A DNA stretch of 64,000 nt from assembly GCA_963719315.1 (NCBI GenBank), contig CAVRBU010000011.1:64001-128000 (forward strand), read 5' to 3'. A program made the translations under genes and the position numbers. Within the stretch, counting starts at the first letter, position 1. Each line of letters starts with the position of its first letter. The notes under the pieces were generated by a model. The model was not told the origin of the DNA. It did no database searches and saw only the letters and a list, made by a program, of their open reading frames with translations. Source of the stretch: an uncultured Planctomycetota bacterium (GTDB taxonomy: Bacteria; Planctomycetota; Planctomycetia; Pirellulales; Lacipirellulaceae). This document shows positions 61,241-64,000 of the stretch, piece by piece.

Positions 61241-61707
61241 AATGGAACTATCGTAAAAGTGAAGTCGAATGCTCGCGCATTTGTCCGTCCGGCATCGTGT
61301 ACCGTCCGGTGGCGCGGCTGCGGATTGGCGGGTCCAACGGCAACGCATATCTTCGGGCCCTAATCGACACAGGAGCGGACCATACCTTGGTTCCGTTTTC
61401 CATTGCGGAAGATGTCGGGGCTGAGCTGTTCGAGGACGAACACAATTCTGTCGAAGGAATCAGCGGCCATGAAATCGCCGTTGTTCCAGGACGCGTCCAG
61501 TTGGAGCTACTCGACGACAGCGATTCGCTTCAATGGACGGCAATTATCGGATTTGCCAAATTCGCCTCGCCAGACGATGAATGCAGCGTGCTTGGCCATG
61601 CAGGCTGCCTGGAGTACTTTCTCGCAGCGTTCGATGGAGCGGGCCGCGCCGTCGAGCCAACGCTGCGTGGCGATCTACCACAAACCAGCAACGGCGACGA
61701 CGCTTAA
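61237..61707 (+). CDS. Retropepsin-like aspartic protease
   Basis: ALIDTGAD catalytic motif and VLG motif. Confidence 0.8.
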   Translation: MKWNYRKSEVECSRICPSGIVYRPVARLRIGGSNGNAYLRALIDTGADHTLVPFSIAEDVGAELFEDEHNSVEGISGHEIAVVPGRVQLELLDDSDSLQWTAIIGFAKFASPDDECSVLGHAGCLEYFLAAFDGAGRAVEPTLRGDLPQTSNGDDA

Positions 61708-61976
61708 GTATCTTCTTTTTCGCCGACGTCGACCTTCGACCAATCGATGTGGTCGTTCTCTTCCTGAACCTTGGCGAGGATATCCTTCGCCTTTGCCAGA
61801 TCCTGCTCGGCGACCATGATGTCGACCCAGTTCCACGGGCCGGCCCGCAGGCCAGAGGTGTACTCGTCCGATTCTGCGCGAATGCCTTCGTCTTCGAGCG
61901 CCGCGATTACGATCGCCGCCTCGGTTTCGCTGGGCACGCGGGTCAACGTCGCCGTAATTTCAAGTGGATCGCTCAT
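61704..61976 (-). CDS. DUF2007-like putative signal-transducing protein
   Basis: EAAIVIAALEDEGI...V.EQDLAKAKDIL pattern. Confidence 0.75.
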   Translation of the reverse strand: MSDPLEITATLTRVPSETEAAIVIAALEDEGIRAESDEYTSGLRAGPWNWVDIMVAEQDLAKAKDILAKVQEENDHIDWSKVDVGEKEDT

Positions 61977-62106
61977 GACGATATTGTAGCAGGCACCGGG
62001 CCACCCGGTAGCCGGTGAAACCGAATCCAGGGCCGGAGTACCGTAGCCATAACATGTAAACGGCCGGCGCCAAAGGATAGTTACGGCACGCGGAGCGTGC
62101 CTACTA

Positions 62107-63375
62107 CTATGCAAACAACTCTGGAATCACGTGCCCGCCGCCGGCGATCTTCATCGGCCGGCCGTTCTTGGCCGTGTACGTCGCCTGCAGCGAGATATCG
62201 AGCGCGCGGCACACGCTGGCCATCAGGTCTTCCGACGAGAACGGGTCGCTATCGACGCCCGTGCCGTCCGCGTTCGTCTTGCCGATGGCCCGGCCACCTT
62301 TGACGCCGGCCCCGCCAAGTACCACGCTCCACGCCCGGGCGAAGTGATCGCGGCCCGAATCGCCGTTGATTCGCGGCGTGCGGCCGAACTCGCCCATGCA
62401 CAACACGACCGTGCTCTCCAGCAACCCCCGCCGATTCAAGTCGTCGATCAGCGCCGCGAACGCCTTGTCGAGTTCCGGCAGCTTGTTTTTGAGCGACGTA
62501 AAGCAACCCTTGTGCAAGTCCCAGCCGCCGGAGTTTACTTCCACGAATGGCACGCCCACTTCCACCAATCGCCGGGCCATCAAACAACCGCGACCGAAGT
62601 TGTTGTCGCCGTACTTTTCGAGCATGTCTTTCGGCTCACTCCGTACCTGGAAGGCCTTCATCTGCTCGCTGGTGAGCAGCTCCTGCGTCTTCTTGAGCAC
62701 CTTGGCGTGCTCCGCGGCGGCCGAGCCGCGGCGCTCGTCGATGAACCGCGACTCCAGCGCCCCGAGCAGTTTCATCCGGTCGTACATCCGCTGCCACGGC
62801 ACACTCATCTCCACGTCTTTGATCCGCCCATTGGCATCCACCTGGAACGGCGCGTACGCCATGCCCAAGAAGCCGGGCCCTTCGCTCCCGCCGCCGATCG
62901 AAACGAATGGCGGAATCTCAAGCTCCTGCGTCTTCGTTTCCATTTCGTGTGCCACGACCGACCCGTAGCTGGGGTGCTCGACGTTCGGGCTGGGCACGTA
63001 AGCGGTGTGCATATAATAGCGCCCGCGCTCGTGATCGGCTTCGCGGGTGCTCATCGACCGCACGATCGAGAGGTGCTTTCCTTGCTCGGCGAGCAACGGC
63101 ATCAGCTCGTTGATCTGAAAATCGCCGGTCGTCGAAATCGGCTTGTACTCGCCGGCCGTCGGTGCGCCTGGTTTCATATCCCACATATCGATCGACGGCG
63201 GCCCGCCCCCAAGCCACAGCAGAATCGCCGACTTGTGGTTCTTACTTAGCGACTGGGCGTTGGCCCGCATCGTGCGCGTGAGCGCAAACGCTGGCCCCAT
63301 AAATGCCGACGCTCCCGCCAAATGACGCATAAAATGCCGGCGCGACATGCCATCAGGAACTTCGCAACAATTCAT
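62107..63375 (-). CDS. DUF1501 protein
   Basis: Tat-like SRRHF, GGPPSIDMWD, LMARRLVE, GGWDLH and GEFGRTP motifs. Confidence 0.92.
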   Translation of the reverse strand: MNCCEVPDGMSRRHFMRHLAGASAFMGPAFALTRTMRANAQSLSKNHKSAILLWLGGGPPSIDMWDMKPGAPTAGEYKPISTTGDFQINELMPLLAEQGKHLSIVRSMSTREADHERGRYYMHTAYVPSPNVEHPSYGSVVAHEMETKTQELEIPPFVSIGGGSEGPGFLGMAYAPFQVDANGRIKDVEMSVPWQRMYDRMKLLGALESRFIDERRGSAAAEHAKVLKKTQELLTSEQMKAFQVRSEPKDMLEKYGDNNFGRGCLMARRLVEVGVPFVEVNSGGWDLHKGCFTSLKNKLPELDKAFAALIDDLNRRGLLESTVVLCMGEFGRTPRINGDSGRDHFARAWSVVLGGAGVKGGRAIGKTNADGTGVDSDPFSSEDLMASVCRALDISLQATYTAKNGRPMKIAGGGHVIPELFA

Positions 63376-63389
63376 AGCAGAACCCCGAC

Positions 63390-63476
63390 TCAATTGTCCG
63401 TGGTCAATTGTCCGTGGTCCGTGGCAAGAAGTCTCGTCCTCTACAACAACGGACCACGGACCACGGCCAACTGACA
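63390..63476. repeat. Heptamer inverted-repeat hairpin (GTCCGTG)
   Basis: TCAATTGTCCGTGGTCAATTGTCCGTGGTCCGTGG ... CAACGGACCACGGACCACGGCCAACTGAC. Confidence 0.8.
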
Positions 63477-63479
63477 TCT

Positions 63480-64000
63480 TTAGTGATTCAAAATAAACTC
63501 GTTCGTATTCAACACCGCCCACCAAATATCTTGCAGCGCCGAGCCCACGTCGCCGTTCCGCGCCACGAGTAGCTCGTTGCTGATATTCAGCTCTTTCTTC
63601 GTCGGCATCCGCGACAGCCCGGCCAGGTACAAGTAGCGAATCTTCTCCGCGTTATCGCGCTTCGGGTCTCCGGCCACGCGGGCCAGCATGCTGCCCGGCT
63701 GGTTGCCGGTCGCTCGCCGCACTAGCTCGCCGTTCATGAGCGCGAGCGCTTGCGGAATCGAGCCGTTGAATGTCGTCGATTCCTCGTTATCATCGGTGCC
63801 GAACGCCGTCGAGAATTGCTTCAGCCACTTCTCCTTCATCTCCGCGCTCTGCTGGCGCGAGTACGTGTTATCGGCCGCCGTCGCCACGAGCAGCGACTCG
63901 TATAATTGCTCGGCCTCCATCTGCCGCATGTAGAATCGGCTGAACATCGGCTTCGCGCCCAGCGTTGGATCATCGTCCTGGTTACGCGCCGAAATCTGGC
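63480..64000 (-). CDS. DUF1549/DUF1553 protein, C-terminal part (truncated by the window edge)
   Basis: AEQLYES, QALALMNG, LYLAGLSRMPT and DIWWAVLNTNEF motifs; upstream of DUF1501. Confidence 0.88.
   Translation of the reverse strand, partial: QISARNQDDDPTLGAKPMFSRFYMRQMEAEQLYESLLVATAADNTYSRQQSAEMKEKWLKQFSTAFGTDDNEESTTFNGSIPQALALMNGELVRRATGNQPGSMLARVAGDPKRDNAEKIRYLYLAGLSRMPTKKELNISNELLVARNGDVGSALQDIWWAVLNTNEFILNH

Noticed and set aside
61237..61707. Retroelement or DGR component
   Set aside because: No reverse transcriptase or template/variable repeat pair was seen in the window, and stand-alone retropepsin-like proteases are common in bacteria.

Overview
A high-GC, gene-dense window of bacterial chromosome. 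Gene content (DUF1559, DUF1501 plus DUF1549/1553, SHD1, PEP-CTERM with dockerin-like module, H4MPT-type ATP-grasp) points to a planctomycete, probably Pirellulales. Most genes are housekeeping or planctomycete-typical: purH, dapL, a fabF/fabZ-like/ACP cluster, sufS/sufU, rsmE, rimI, larC, mnmA, prfB and flotillin/NfeD. About ten genes carry single-base frameshifts that look like long-read consensus errors. The unusual content is mostly repetitive DNA. (1) Three copies of a 122-bp MITE with 17-bp terminal inverted repeats and 8-bp target-site duplications, each carrying an internal GTAG-REP doublet; one copy disrupts a DUF2071 gene. (2) Two different REP-associated tyrosine transposases (RAYT-like), each with its own REPs and the same leaderless promoter layout. 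(3) Several further REP/REPIN families, including a 98-bp element with a compensatory stem substitution. (4) About 20 arrays of 7-, 8- or 9-mer tandem units, mostly arranged as inverted-repeat hairpins, four of them in frame inside proteins. Other highlights are a pseudo-receiver protein with a KaiA/RsbU-N-like C-terminus, a candidate three-hairpin sRNA upstream of purH, and a prfB frameshift site without the usual internal Shine-Dalgarno. No rRNA, tRNA or CRISPR array was seen. All family calls come from motif recognition by eye, not database searches.
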